Positions 49,516-59,190 of a stretch of 64,000 bases of DNA are shown here, piece after piece; within the stretch, counting starts at the first letter, position 1, and each line of letters opens with the position of its first letter. A program made the translations under genes and the position numbers. The DNA comes from Prevotella sp. (GTDB taxonomy: Bacteria > Bacteroidota > Bacteroidia > Bacteroidales > Bacteroidaceae). The notes under the pieces are model-generated. The model ran no database searches and was not told where the DNA came from. It saw only the letters and a program-made list of their open reading frames with translations. The DNA lies in NCBI GenBank assembly GCA_017471465.1, contig JAFUTI010000017.1:7996-71995 (forward strand), in the 5' to 3' direction.

Positions 49516-52050
49516 ATGAAAAAGCTATTTTTTACTACTGTCCTGTCGGCTGTCGTCTGTATGGCCGTGACCGCACAGAACCATCGGCTATGGTATGCCC
49601 AGCCCGCGACGCACTGGTTGGAGGCATTGCCAGTAGGTAACTCTCTTCTCGGTGCCATGGTCTATGGCGGCACCGACACGGAGGAGATTCAGTTGAACGA
49701 AGAGACGTTCTGGAGCGGCAGTCCCCACGAGAATAATCCGAAGGAGGCACTGCGGCACCTGCCCGAGGTGCGCCGACTGGTGTTCGAGGGCAAGGAGTAT
49801 CAAGCCTCGAAGTTGCTGGACAAGTATTTCGTCCCCGGGCCTCATGGCATGCGCTACCTGCCGATGGGCAGTCTGAAACTCGCCTTCGGTCACAAGGACG
49901 TGCAGCAGTACGAGCGGGCACTGAACCTCGGCGACGCTACCGCCACCACCTCTTATATATATAAAGGTGTAAAGTACGAGCGCACCGTCTTCGCGTCACA
50001 GGCCGACAGCGTTATCATCGTTCAGTTGAAGGCCGGCAAGAAAGGCGCACTGAGCTTCACGATGTCCTACCAGAGTCAGCTGCCCTTCCAAGCGAAGTCA
50101 GAGCATTCCTGCCAAAGTCCGCTTTCAGAAGGTTCTGGCAATCTGGGCGGACGCCTCATTGCCACTGTGCAGGGCGTTGATCAGGAGGGTGTGAAGGCAG
50201 GTTTGACAGCCGAGTGCCAAACCAGCGTGCGGATAGAGGGAAAAGGTGCCGACGTCACGTTCGACGACGGCACGGTTGTTGTCAAGAACGCTACCGAGGC
50301 TACCATCTATATCACTGCAGCCACCAACTACGTCAACTATCACGACATCAGCGGCAATGCCACCAAGAAGAACAAAAACCGCCTGAACCTGGCTGAAGCC
50401 ATCCGCTTCCCGCAGTTGCTGGCTCGCCATACGGCGAAATATCAGGAGCAGTACAACCGCGTGTCGTTGAATTTGCCGAAGTCGGCAAACTCCGGTTTGG
50501 AGACCGACAAGCGCGTGGCCGCCTTCGAGAAGGATGCCAGCGACCTCGACATGGTGGCCCTGATGATGCAGTATGGCCGCTACCTGCTCATCTCGTCGAG
50601 CCAGCCCGGCGGTCAGCCCGCCAACCTGCAGGGTGTGTGGAATGACAAGATGAACGCTCCGTGGGACTCGAAGTACACCATCAATATCAACGCTGAGATG
50701 AACTACTGGCCCGCCCTCATCGGCAATCTCGCCGAGACGCAGCAGCCCTTCTTCTCGATGGTGCGCGACCTGAGCGTGACCGGAGCCGAGACCGCCAAGA
50801 CGATGTACGGCTGCGGCGGCTGGGTGGCCCATCACAATACCGACCTCTGGCGCATTGCCGGTCCGGTGGACGGCACGCCGTGGGGCATGTTCCCCACAGG
50901 AGGCGCCTGGCTCACCACACACCTGTGGCAACACTATCTCTATACCGGCGACAAGCAGTTCCTGGCCGAGTACTATCCCGTTATGAAGGGGGCTGCTCAG
51001 TTCCTGCTCGACTACATGCAGACCTATCCTGCTGCCGGCGAGGTGAAGGAGGCCGCCGGCTGGCTGATGACCGTCCCCACAGTGTCGCCGGAGCACGGTC
51101 CCCGTGGCAAGGGTACCAACGTCTGCGCTGGTTCTACGATGGACAACCAGATAGCCTTCGACGTGCTCTCGCAAGCCCTGCAGGCCGCCAAGGTGCTGGG
51201 GTGCGACAGCGTGCTGGCAGAGCAGTTGCGTTTTGCCCTGCAGAACCTGCCGCCGATGCAGATAGGCCGCTACGGACAGTTGCAGGAGTGGCTTATCGAC
51301 GCTGACGACCCGAAGGACGAGCACCGCCATATCTCGCATCTCTACGGTCTGTACCCCTCGAACCAGATTTCGCCTTACGCCCATCCCGACCTCTTCACCG
51401 CTGCCGCCAACACGCTGAAGCAGCGCGGCGACATGGCTACAGGCTGGAGCCTCGGCTGGAAGACCAACTTCTGGGCGCGTATGCTCGACGGCAACCACGC
51501 CTTCACTATCATCAAGAACATGCTCCACCTGCTGCCCGACGACTCCAAGTCGCGCCAGTATCCTGCCGGTCGTACCTATCCGAACCTGTTTGACGCCCAT
51601 CCGCCATTCCAGATTGACGGCAACTTCGGCGTCTCGGCCGGCATCTGCGAGATGCTCGTCCAGAGTCATGACGGTGCCGTGCAGCTGCTGCCTGCCCTGC
51701 CCGACGAATGGAAGCAGGGAGCGGTGAAAGGCCTGCGGGCACGGGGAGGATTCGTCGTCGACGAGGAGTGGAACGAAGGGGAACTTCGTTCGGCAGTGGT
51801 GCGGTCGTCCGTCGGCGGTACGCTGCGCCTGCGCTCCTACGTGCCCCTACGACTGGCTAAAGGACCGAAGGGCGCACGGCTGAAGAAGGCCGAGGGCGAC
51901 TGTCCTAACCCGCTGTTTGCCCCTGCCGCCATCCGTGAGCCGCTGCACTCAAAGGAGCTGAAAGACTTCAAGCCGCAGACACTCCGCAAGGTCTATGAAT
52001 ACGACGTTGAGACGGTTGCAGGGCAGAATTACCGCCTTGTCAGCGAGTAA
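49516..52050 (+). CDS. GH95 alpha-L-fucosidase/alpha-L-galactosidase
   Basis: [57 protein letters not shown] and FQIDGNFG. Confidence 0.95.
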   Translation: MKKLFFTTVLSAVVCMAVTAQNHRLWYAQPATHWLEALPVGNSLLGAMVYGGTDTEEIQLNEETFWSGSPHENNPKEALRHLPEVRRLVFEGKEYQASKLLDKYFVPGPHGMRYLPMGSLKLAFGHKDVQQYERALNLGDATATTSYIYKGVKYERTVFASQADSVIIVQLKAGKKGALSFTMSYQSQLPFQAKSEHSCQSPLSEGSGNLGGRLIATVQGVDQEGVKAGLTAECQTSVRIEGKGADVTFDDGTVVVKNATEATIYITAATNYVNYHDISGNATKKNKNRLNLAEAIRFPQLLARHTAKYQEQYNRVSLNLPKSANSGLETDKRVAAFEKDASDLDMVALMMQYGRYLLISSSQPGGQPANLQGVWNDKMNAPWDSKYTININAEMNYWPALIGNLAETQQPFFSMVRDLSVTGAETAKTMYGCGGWVAHHNTDLWRIAGPVDGTPWGMFPTGGAWLTTHLWQHYLYTGDKQFLAEYYPVMKGAAQFLLDYMQTYPAAGEVKEAAGWLMTVPTVSPEHGPRGKGTNVCAGSTMDNQIAFDVLSQALQAAKVLGCDSVLAEQLRFALQNLPPMQIGRYGQLQEWLIDADDPKDEHRHISHLYGLYPSNQISPYAHPDLFTAAANTLKQRGDMATGWSLGWKTNFWARMLDGNHAFTIIKNMLHLLPDDSKSRQYPAGRTYPNLFDAHPPFQIDGNFGVSAGICEMLVQSHDGAVQLLPALPDEWKQGAVKGLRARGGFVVDEEWNEGELRSAVVRSSVGGTLRLRSYVPLRLAKGPKGARLKKAEGDCPNPLFAPAAIREPLHSKELKDFKPQTLRKVYEYDVETVAGQNYRLVSE

Positions 52051-52051
52051 A

Positions 52052-52117
52052 TGAAACATACAGAAAAGAACGCGACACATACGAAACGATATGTGTCGCG
52101 TTCTTTTTGTACCTTTG
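52052..52117 (+). promoter_or_regulatory. Operator plus -7 promoter of GH10-CE1
   Basis: TGAAACA-N14-CGACACA (52052-52079), 30 nt spacer, TACCTTTG (52110-52117). Confidence 0.75.
52064..52108 (+). terminator. GH95 terminator overlapping the next promoter
   Basis: Perfect 18-bp inverted repeat aaaagaacgcgacacata / tatgtgtcgcgttctttt. Confidence 0.82.
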
Positions 52118-52155
52118 CAGCCGAATATTGCCATCTAACAAAACCGTTATAACCA

Positions 52156-54369
52156 ATGAAACAAACTAAAAGACTCGCCCTGGCTGCCGTGCTCGCTTTG
52201 AGCACATGCGCTACGTGGGCACAAGGACTAAAAGACGCCTACAAGGACTACTTCATGATTGGCGTCGCCGTCAACCAACGTAATGTGTCGAACGCACAGC
52301 AGCAGGAGCTCATCCGAAAGGAGTTCAACTCTATCACGGCTGAGAACGACATGAAACCAGAACCTACCGAACCAAGGGAAGGACAGTTTAACTGGGAGAA
52401 TGCTGACCGCATTGCCAACTTCGCCCGCCAGAATGGTATCAAACTGCGTGGCCACTGCCTGATGTGGCATTCGCAGATAGGCCGCTGGATGCTTGGCGAC
52501 AACCCCACGAAGGAGGTGTTCTACGAGCGTATGAAGAAGCACATCCAGGCCATCGTTACCCGCTATAAGGACGTCATCTACTGTTGGGACGTGGTGAACG
52601 AGGCTATCGAGGACAATGCCAACGCTACCGACCCTTATCGCCAGAGTGCTATGTATAAGCTCTGCGGCGACGAGTTCATTGAGAAGGCTTTCCAGTTTGC
52701 CCGCGAGGCCGACCCCAATGCCCTGCTGTTCTATAACGACTACAGCACGGTAGACCCCCACAAGCGCGACCGTATCTATAATATGGTGAAGAAGATGAAG
52801 GACAAGGGCGTGCCCATCGACGGTATCGGTATGCAGGCTCACTACAATATTTACTTCCCCTCAGAAGATCTGCTCGACCAGGCTATCTCGAAGTTCAAGA
52901 CCATAGTGAAGCATATCCACATCACCGAGTTCGACATCCGTGTGAACGAGGAGATGGGTGGTGGCCTGCAGTTCAGCCGCGACGGCGCTGCGGTGACCGA
53001 CTCCGTGAAGCAGCACCTTGCCGACCAGTATGCCCGCTGCTTCCGCGTGTTCCGCAAGCACAAGGACGTCATCGACTGTGTGACCTTCTGGAATCTCGGC
53101 GACCGCGACTCCTGGCTCGGCGCAGCTAACTATCCGCTGCCGTTTGACTCGGAGTACAAGCCCAAGCTGGCTTATCAGTATATTAAGGAGATGAAGGATC
53201 CTGCATGGAACCTGCCTCCACGTCCGGCACGCAAGCCCCGTCCCCAGGGACAGCAGGGCCGTCGCCGTGGCGGTCAGCAGGCCCAGCGCCCTGCCTTCAA
53301 CCCCGATATGGCCTTCCCCGAAGACCCGAACGTGAAGGAGGACTTCAAGCCATCTACCAAGAACCAGCCGGGTCAGCAGTTCCCGATGGTCAACTCGCAG
53401 GGCATCGTCCGCTTCCGCGTGGAGATTCCCGATGCTCAGGCCGTCAGCGTCAGCCTTGGACTGGGCGGTCAGGGTGGCACCCCGCTGCACCGTGCCTACG
53501 ACAACTCATGGGTGGGCCAGACGGCAGGCCCGATGGACGAAGGTTTCCACTACTATCACCTGACGGTCGACGGTGGTACACTGAACGACCCGGGCGCACA
53601 GAATTACTATGGCTCCTGCCGTTGGGAGAGCGGTATCGAAATCCCTGCCCACGACCAGGACTTCTATGCAGAGAAGAACGTTGCTCACGGTCAGGTCAGC
53701 GAGGTCCGCTTCTGGAGCGAGAGCACGAAGAGCCTGAAGCGCGCCTTCGTCTACCTGCCGCCGACATACGGTCAGAACAAGAAGGAGAAGTTCCCCGTGC
53801 TCTACCTGCAGCACGGCTGGGGCGAGAATGAATACGCCTGGAGCAACCAGGGTCACGCTAACCTTATTATGGACAATCTGCTCGCTGAGGGCAAGTGCAA
53901 GCCTTTCATCATCGTAATGACCTACGGCATGACCAATGACGTGCGCTTCGGCGGCATCGGCCAGTTCACGGCCAAGGAATTCGAGACCGTCCTTGTCGAC
54001 GAACTCGTCCCCTATATCGACAGCCACTTCCAGACGATAGCCAAGAAAGAGGGCCGTGCCATGGCTGGCCTGTCAATGGGCGGCATCGAGACCAAGCTCA
54101 TCACCCTGCGCCGTCCCGAGGTCTTCGGCTACTACGGACTGCTGAGTGGCGGAACCTACCAGCCCGAGGACATCAAGGACCCGAAGCAGGTGAAGTTCAT
54201 CTTCGAGAGCTGCGGTTCGAAGGAGAATCCCGACGGCATCAACAAGAGCGTCGAGGCACTGAAGGCTGCCGGCTACAATGCTAAGGGCTATGTCTCCGAA
54301 GGTACGGCACATGAGTTCCTGACATGGCGTAGAAGCCTGAAGGAAATGGCTCCATTGCTTTTCCGTTAA
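52156..54369 (+). CDS. Bifunctional endo-1,4-beta-xylanase GH10 plus feruloyl esterase CE1 (Xyn10D-Fae1A-like)
   Basis: TAENDMK, RGHCLMWHSQ, WDVVNEA, FYNDY, GIGMQAH and ITEFD; then YLQHGWGE, AGLSMGG and AHEFLTWR. Confidence 0.95.
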   Translation: MKQTKRLALAAVLALSTCATWAQGLKDAYKDYFMIGVAVNQRNVSNAQQQELIRKEFNSITAENDMKPEPTEPREGQFNWENADRIANFARQNGIKLRGHCLMWHSQIGRWMLGDNPTKEVFYERMKKHIQAIVTRYKDVIYCWDVVNEAIEDNANATDPYRQSAMYKLCGDEFIEKAFQFAREADPNALLFYNDYSTVDPHKRDRIYNMVKKMKDKGVPIDGIGMQAHYNIYFPSEDLLDQAISKFKTIVKHIHITEFDIRVNEEMGGGLQFSRDGAAVTDSVKQHLADQYARCFRVFRKHKDVIDCVTFWNLGDRDSWLGAANYPLPFDSEYKPKLAYQYIKEMKDPAWNLPPRPARKPRPQGQQGRRRGGQQAQRPAFNPDMAFPEDPNVKEDFKPSTKNQPGQQFPMVNSQGIVRFRVEIPDAQAVSVSLGLGGQGGTPLHRAYDNSWVGQTAGPMDEGFHYYHLTVDGGTLNDPGAQNYYGSCRWESGIEIPAHDQDFYAEKNVAHGQVSEVRFWSESTKSLKRAFVYLPPTYGQNKKEKFPVLYLQHGWGENEYAWSNQGHANLIMDNLLAEGKCKPFIIVMTYGMTNDVRFGGIGQFTAKEFETVLVDELVPYIDSHFQTIAKKEGRAMAGLSMGGIETKLITLRRPEVFGYYGLLSGGTYQPEDIKDPKQVKFIFESCGSKENPDGINKSVEALKAAGYNAKGYVSEGTAHEFLTWRRSLKEMAPLLFR

Positions 54370-54374
54370 GCCTT

Positions 54375-54440
54375 TGCGACATATAGAAAAGTATAAGAAA
54401 CAAGAGATGCGGCTCATGCCGCATCTTTTTTGTATCTTTG
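54375..54440 (+). promoter_or_regulatory. Operator plus -7 promoter of the secreted-enzyme operon
   Basis: TGCGACA-N14-AGAAACA (54375-54402), 30 nt spacer, TATCTTTG (54433-54440). Confidence 0.78.
54405..54431 (+). terminator. Intrinsic terminator inside the promoter spacer
   Basis: agatgcggc-tcat-gccgcatct followed by a T run. Confidence 0.8.
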
Positions 54441-54466
54441 CACCCGAAAACCTAAAATAGTATTTA

Positions 54467-56860
54467 ATGATAAGAAAACTACTCCTTTCCTCGCTTTGGA
54501 TGTTGTCAGCCGTTGCTATGGCGCAGACAACGGCCACAGTATATGTGGACGCCACCAAGACCCACCAGAAGATTACAGGCTTCGGCGCCTTCGTCTGTTC
54601 CCCGCAGTTCACCTACAACCACATGTCGGCGACGGAAATCAACCGCGTGTGGGGTAAGAGTAGTACGATAGGCTGTAACATCATGCGCCTATACATCCCC
54701 ATTGGCAAGAACAGCTGGGGGCAGTCGTTGGAGACGGCAAAGAATGCCAAGCAGAAAGGACTCATCGTCTTTGCTTCGCCCTGGGGACAGCCGACGGAAT
54801 GGAAGACCAACGGCACCATCAATGCCAAGGACAGTGACGGGACTCTGGGCTATCTCAAGAAAGAAAACTGGAAGGACTACGCCCAATATCTTGAGGACTA
54901 TGTGCAATATCTGCGCAAGAACGGCGTGGAGCTCGATGCTATCTCCATTCAGAACGAGCCAGATTGGCCTGCGCCGTATGCCGGCTGTCTGTGGAGTGCC
55001 AGTGAGATAGCAGAGTTCGTCAAGACTTACGGTAAAAGCATCAGCTGCAAGGTGATGGCTCCCGAGACGCTGGCCGTCAGCGATGAATATGCCAATGCCT
55101 TGAACAAGAACGATGTACTCGACTGCTTTGATATCTACGGCGGGCACCAGTATGGCGGCATCGGTTCCTCCTACAAGAACCTTGGCAAGAAGGGCAAGGA
55201 AATATGGATGACCGAGTATCTTATCAACTGGAACGAGAACAAGGCAGATAGCGAGAAACGTAATTTTGATTTCTCGAAAGACTTCTTCAACTTCTTCAAT
55301 GCCATCAATGTCTGTATGTTGGGCGACTTCAACGCCTGGATTCACTATGCCGCCAAACGCTATTATGGCTTGCTGGGCGACGGTACTACGGGGGCTGGCA
55401 ACTCGGGTGTCGTCACGAAGCGTGGCTATATCATGGCGCACTTCGCCAAGCATGTGACGGGCATGACACGTATCGACGCCAACTTTGGTAACCTGGGAGG
55501 TTCGGCCTATCTGTCACAGACTGGCGACACGGTCGTTGCCGTGATGGCTAACACCTCTACCGACGCGGTCGACTTGTCAATAGACCTGCCGTTCTATACG
55601 AAGACGGGAAAGATATATACGACGACGAAGACGAGTAACTATCAGGTGAAAACGCTGACCGAGACGACAGAGACCTGCCGACCGAAGGCTACCGTGGCAG
55701 CACAGAGCGTCGTGACAGTGCTGTTTGTAAAGTCGCGCGACCGTCAGCCGTCGAGCATGACGGGCAGCATCTCTTACTTTGAGCGTCCGCGTATCGATGA
55801 CCTGACAACCACGAAGAGCGCTTTTGGCACAGCCTACAAGCTGTCGGGCAAGACGAAGACTTTCAACCACAGCTCACCCCTGATTTCCAGCAGGACGGAT
55901 GCATCAAATGGCTATGTCAAACTGAACGAAGGTGCTGCCAAGCTGGTGTTCGAGGTGACGAAACTGACATCGAACATGAACTATTCGTCGGCTATCACAA
56001 CGCTGGTCTACGTCAATGGAAAGGGACAGGTGGCCACGCATAATTATGGTGACTTGGAATTTCCCGCTCACGAAAACTTCCAGTGGGTGTTCGACCTCTC
56101 CACGGCCACGCTCGCCGACGGCTGCACCGGACTCATCTCGCTCACCAATAACAACTGGTCGTCGAACCTCTCGTTCACTTTTGCCGACGTCTATGTGACG
56201 AGTGGCAATACGCAATACGTAGGAACGCTGAAAGGTTCATACCTGGAAGACGACAGATATTTGCTTGACTTCATCAACGATGCCTCTTGCACCTGTGTCG
56301 ATATGACGGCGGTCACGGGGATGCCTGCCACACTGCCGTGGCTGGAAGCCACCAACCGCCTGGCTTATGTCGGTGCCGACAGTCCGCTGAGTGGCAGCAA
56401 TGTGGTGAAGGGCAATGTCTGTCCGTCGCTGGTCGTCAACGAGGCCTGGGGAGCCTTCCGTCCTGCCAAGGCGTTTACGGCTACCAATGCTACCTATACC
56501 TGTACGGTTAACGGTCAGCATATCGTACAACTGCCCTTTACGGCCGCTGTCCCTGTAGGTGTCACCGTTTATACGCTGACGGCAGACTTGCAGCCCGTGG
56601 CTGTCACTGGCATGATTCCCGCTAACCAGCCCCTGCTGGTAGAGGCGCAGGGGGAGGTGACTTTCCAAGGCTCTGGTGATATCGTCTATGTCCCTTGCAC
56701 GTTGACGGATGCTGTCTTACCCATCGTAACGCCAACAGCCATCAGTGCGCCCAGGGCAGCATTGTTCACTGTGCCCTGTTACAACTTAAACGGAATGCGT
56801 GTAAACACGATCCGTCGGGGTGTTATTATCAGTAATGGCCATAAATACCTTATTAAATAA
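54467..56860 (+). CDS. GH30 (GH30_8-like) xylanase with extra C-terminal modules and T9SS-type tail
   Basis: HQKITGFG, FASPW, ISIQNEPD (acid/base), GHQY, IWMTE (nucleophile), TKRGY..AHFAKHV; tail YNLNGMRV..GVIISNGHKYLIK. Confidence 0.85.
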   Translation: MIRKLLLSSLWMLSAVAMAQTTATVYVDATKTHQKITGFGAFVCSPQFTYNHMSATEINRVWGKSSTIGCNIMRLYIPIGKNSWGQSLETAKNAKQKGLIVFASPWGQPTEWKTNGTINAKDSDGTLGYLKKENWKDYAQYLEDYVQYLRKNGVELDAISIQNEPDWPAPYAGCLWSASEIAEFVKTYGKSISCKVMAPETLAVSDEYANALNKNDVLDCFDIYGGHQYGGIGSSYKNLGKKGKEIWMTEYLINWNENKADSEKRNFDFSKDFFNFFNAINVCMLGDFNAWIHYAAKRYYGLLGDGTTGAGNSGVVTKRGYIMAHFAKHVTGMTRIDANFGNLGGSAYLSQTGDTVVAVMANTSTDAVDLSIDLPFYTKTGKIYTTTKTSNYQVKTLTETTETCRPKATVAAQSVVTVLFVKSRDRQPSSMTGSISYFERPRIDDLTTTKSAFGTAYKLSGKTKTFNHSSPLISSRTDASNGYVKLNEGAAKLVFEVTKLTSNMNYSSAITTLVYVNGKGQVATHNYGDLEFPAHENFQWVFDLSTATLADGCTGLISLTNNNWSSNLSFTFADVYVTSGNTQYVGTLKGSYLEDDRYLLDFINDASCTCVDMTAVTGMPATLPWLEATNRLAYVGADSPLSGSNVVKGNVCPSLVVNEAWGAFRPAKAFTATNATYTCTVNGQHIVQLPFTAAVPVGVTVYTLTADLQPVAVTGMIPANQPLLVEAQGEVTFQGSGDIVYVPCTLTDAVLPIVTPTAISAPRAALFTVPCYNLNGMRVNTIRRGVIISNGHKYLIK

Positions 56861-56865
56861 AAACG

Positions 56866-59181
56866 ATGAAAAGACTTAACCATATTCTCTTGCTGTGCCT
56901 CGTCGCTGTCAGCGGCGTGGCGCAGCCACAGTTCAGCAAGCCCCATGGACTTTATGACGGGGGTAGCCTGACGGTGGCCATTAGCGGTGATGCCGCTGCC
57001 AAGATTTTTTATACTACCGACGGCAGTACACCAACAACGGCAAGTGCCAAGTACACAGCACCGTTGACAATCCAGAAAACGACTATCTTACGTGCCATTG
57101 AGCAGATTGGTGATTCGCTGTCGCCCGTGGGTACGGCTTCCTACATCTTCGTCAACTCGGTGCTGAACCAGTCCAATAATCCTGCAGGCTACCCGGCAGA
57201 GTGGGGGTATTATACCGATGTGAACAGATGGGAAAGAGCCATTGCCGACTACGAGATGGATCAGGAGATGACGAGTAACCCGACGTTGCGGCCGAAGATT
57301 ATCGAGGGTCTGAAGCAGCTGCCCATCCTGAGCATCGTCTCTGACAAGGATAACTTCTTCAGCCATGAGAACGACCCCGACCGTGGCGGCATCTATATCT
57401 TCACGGGACCTCCGGTGGGCGACGCCACGGGGCACGGCTGGACGCGCCCTTCCAGTGTGGAACTCTTTGGCGGTCCGCAACAGCACGACCTGAGCACCTC
57501 CTGCGGCATCCGTCTCCACGGAGGACACGGCCGTCTGGCAGAGAAGAATCCCAAGCACTCCTTTCGTCTGGTATTTAAGGAGCAGTATGGTCCGAAGACG
57601 CTGAGATATCCGCTCTATGGCGAAGACCAGCCGTCGAAGTTCGACCAGCTGGTGCTGCGCTGCCACTTCGGCAATGCCTGGCAGCATTGGGGCGAGGGCA
57701 ACCGCGAGAAGGCGCAGTACACCCGTGACGTCTGGGTACGACGGATGCAGCGCCGCATTGGCCGGACGAGTGTCAATGCGATCTATGCCCACCTCTTCCT
57801 TAATGGTATGTATTGGGGCATCTATAATATCGCAGAGCGTGTCGACGATCAGTTTGGCAAGGATCACCTTGGCGGTAAGAAGGAGGACATTGACGTGGTG
57901 AAGATCGAGGAGGACGGCGGCAACCATCTCGAGGCCGCAGAGGGAACGCTCGATGTCTGGGAGCAGATGACCAGTGCCGTTGCCAAGGCTGGCAGCGAAG
58001 AGGGGTATGCCAAGCTCGACTCTCTGTTAGACATCGACAACTTCATCGACTACATGCTAATTAACCAGTATGCCGGCAACACCGACTGGGATCACCATAA
58101 CTGGTACGCCATACGCCGTCATAATTCTGACGAGAAGACCAGCACGGGCTTCCAGTTCCTCTGCTGGGACTCGGAGATTGTCTTTGAGAATGTTCGTGAG
58201 AACAACCTGACTAAGAATAACGGAGGAAGTTGCCCCACAGGAATGTTCCACAGTCTGCTGCAGAATCCGACTTTCGCCAAGAAATACCAGCGTCGTGCCA
58301 AGGAGCTTCTGGCCGACGACGGTTTCCTCGGCCAGCAGTCGGTGGTCAATTTGTGGGACAGCCTCTATCATACCATCGACAAAGCCATCTACTGCGAGGC
58401 CGCACGTTGGGGTGACTTCCGTCGCGACGTACAGCCGCAGCCGTCGTATTACGGCTCAAACCGCGTGTTTACCGTCGACGATGCCTATATGCAGGAGCGC
58501 AACCGTCTGCTCACCAGCTATTTCCCCTATCGCTCAGGCATCGTCCTGGACAATATCCTGGCCTTCGTACAGGTTGACGACTTCGAAGCACCCGAGGAAT
58601 GGGTTCCGATGGCAACCTCTATGTTCCATCGTTGGAAAGGTACAGGGGCTGATGCACAGGTGACGGAACAGAATCCCGGGGCTGAACTGAACTTGAATAA
58701 CGGTGCCGAACTCGTTGCCGGATTTAGTTCCGTCAGCTACGACCTCTTCGCTGACCTCAGCGACTACGACTGCCTCGTCATCCGCGGAACGGGTGGTAAC
58801 CTGCGCATCTTGGGTAACCGTCTGACAGATCATGGAGATTTCAAAGAACTGGTTGTCGCACTCAATAGCAGCGACCCTCATTGGGATGCTGACTACGGCG
58901 TCGTCATCGTGCCGCTGTCGGAATTGCGGTTGTGTAACACCCAGCGTGACGGCTCTGTCCGCCACGATGAGTTTGCCCACCTGAATGCCATCAAGGTGCA
59001 GGGTGGCTCCAATGCCACAGTCTCCGGACTCTGGCTCATCCCCGCTACTCCGTCCTCAGTCAGCGCCGTCAGCGTATTGCCTGCCGATGGCCAGTACTAT
59101 AACCTGAACGGACAGAAGGTGGCACGTCCTGTCCGTGGTGGAATCTATATCTTAAACGGCAAGAAGATTATCAAAAAATAA
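56866..59181 (+). CDS. CotH kinase-family protein with N-terminal chitobiase/Fn3-like domain, unnamed C-terminal module and T9SS-type tail
   Basis: IFYTTDGSTPT, GIRLHGG, KHSFRL, HLFLNGMYWGIYNIAER, NTDW..HNW and WDSE. Confidence 0.85.
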   Translation: MKRLNHILLLCLVAVSGVAQPQFSKPHGLYDGGSLTVAISGDAAAKIFYTTDGSTPTTASAKYTAPLTIQKTTILRAIEQIGDSLSPVGTASYIFVNSVLNQSNNPAGYPAEWGYYTDVNRWERAIADYEMDQEMTSNPTLRPKIIEGLKQLPILSIVSDKDNFFSHENDPDRGGIYIFTGPPVGDATGHGWTRPSSVELFGGPQQHDLSTSCGIRLHGGHGRLAEKNPKHSFRLVFKEQYGPKTLRYPLYGEDQPSKFDQLVLRCHFGNAWQHWGEGNREKAQYTRDVWVRRMQRRIGRTSVNAIYAHLFLNGMYWGIYNIAERVDDQFGKDHLGGKKEDIDVVKIEEDGGNHLEAAEGTLDVWEQMTSAVAKAGSEEGYAKLDSLLDIDNFIDYMLINQYAGNTDWDHHNWYAIRRHNSDEKTSTGFQFLCWDSEIVFENVRENNLTKNNGGSCPTGMFHSLLQNPTFAKKYQRRAKELLADDGFLGQQSVVNLWDSLYHTIDKAIYCEAARWGDFRRDVQPQPSYYGSNRVFTVDDAYMQERNRLLTSYFPYRSGIVLDNILAFVQVDDFEAPEEWVPMATSMFHRWKGTGADAQVTEQNPGAELNLNNGAELVAGFSSVSYDLFADLSDYDCLVIRGTGGNLRILGNRLTDHGDFKELVVALNSSDPHWDADYGVVIVPLSELRLCNTQRDGSVRHDEFAHLNAIKVQGGSNATVSGLWLIPATPSSVSAVSVLPADGQYYNLNGQKVARPVRGGIYILNGKKIIKK

Positions 59182-59190
59182 ATACCAACA

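Noticed and set aside
50098-50155. Possible third in-frame palindromic insert in GH95 ([18 protein letters not shown])
   Set aside because: Only a weak tgcca..tggca pairing is visible, so it cannot be supported without an orthologue alignment.
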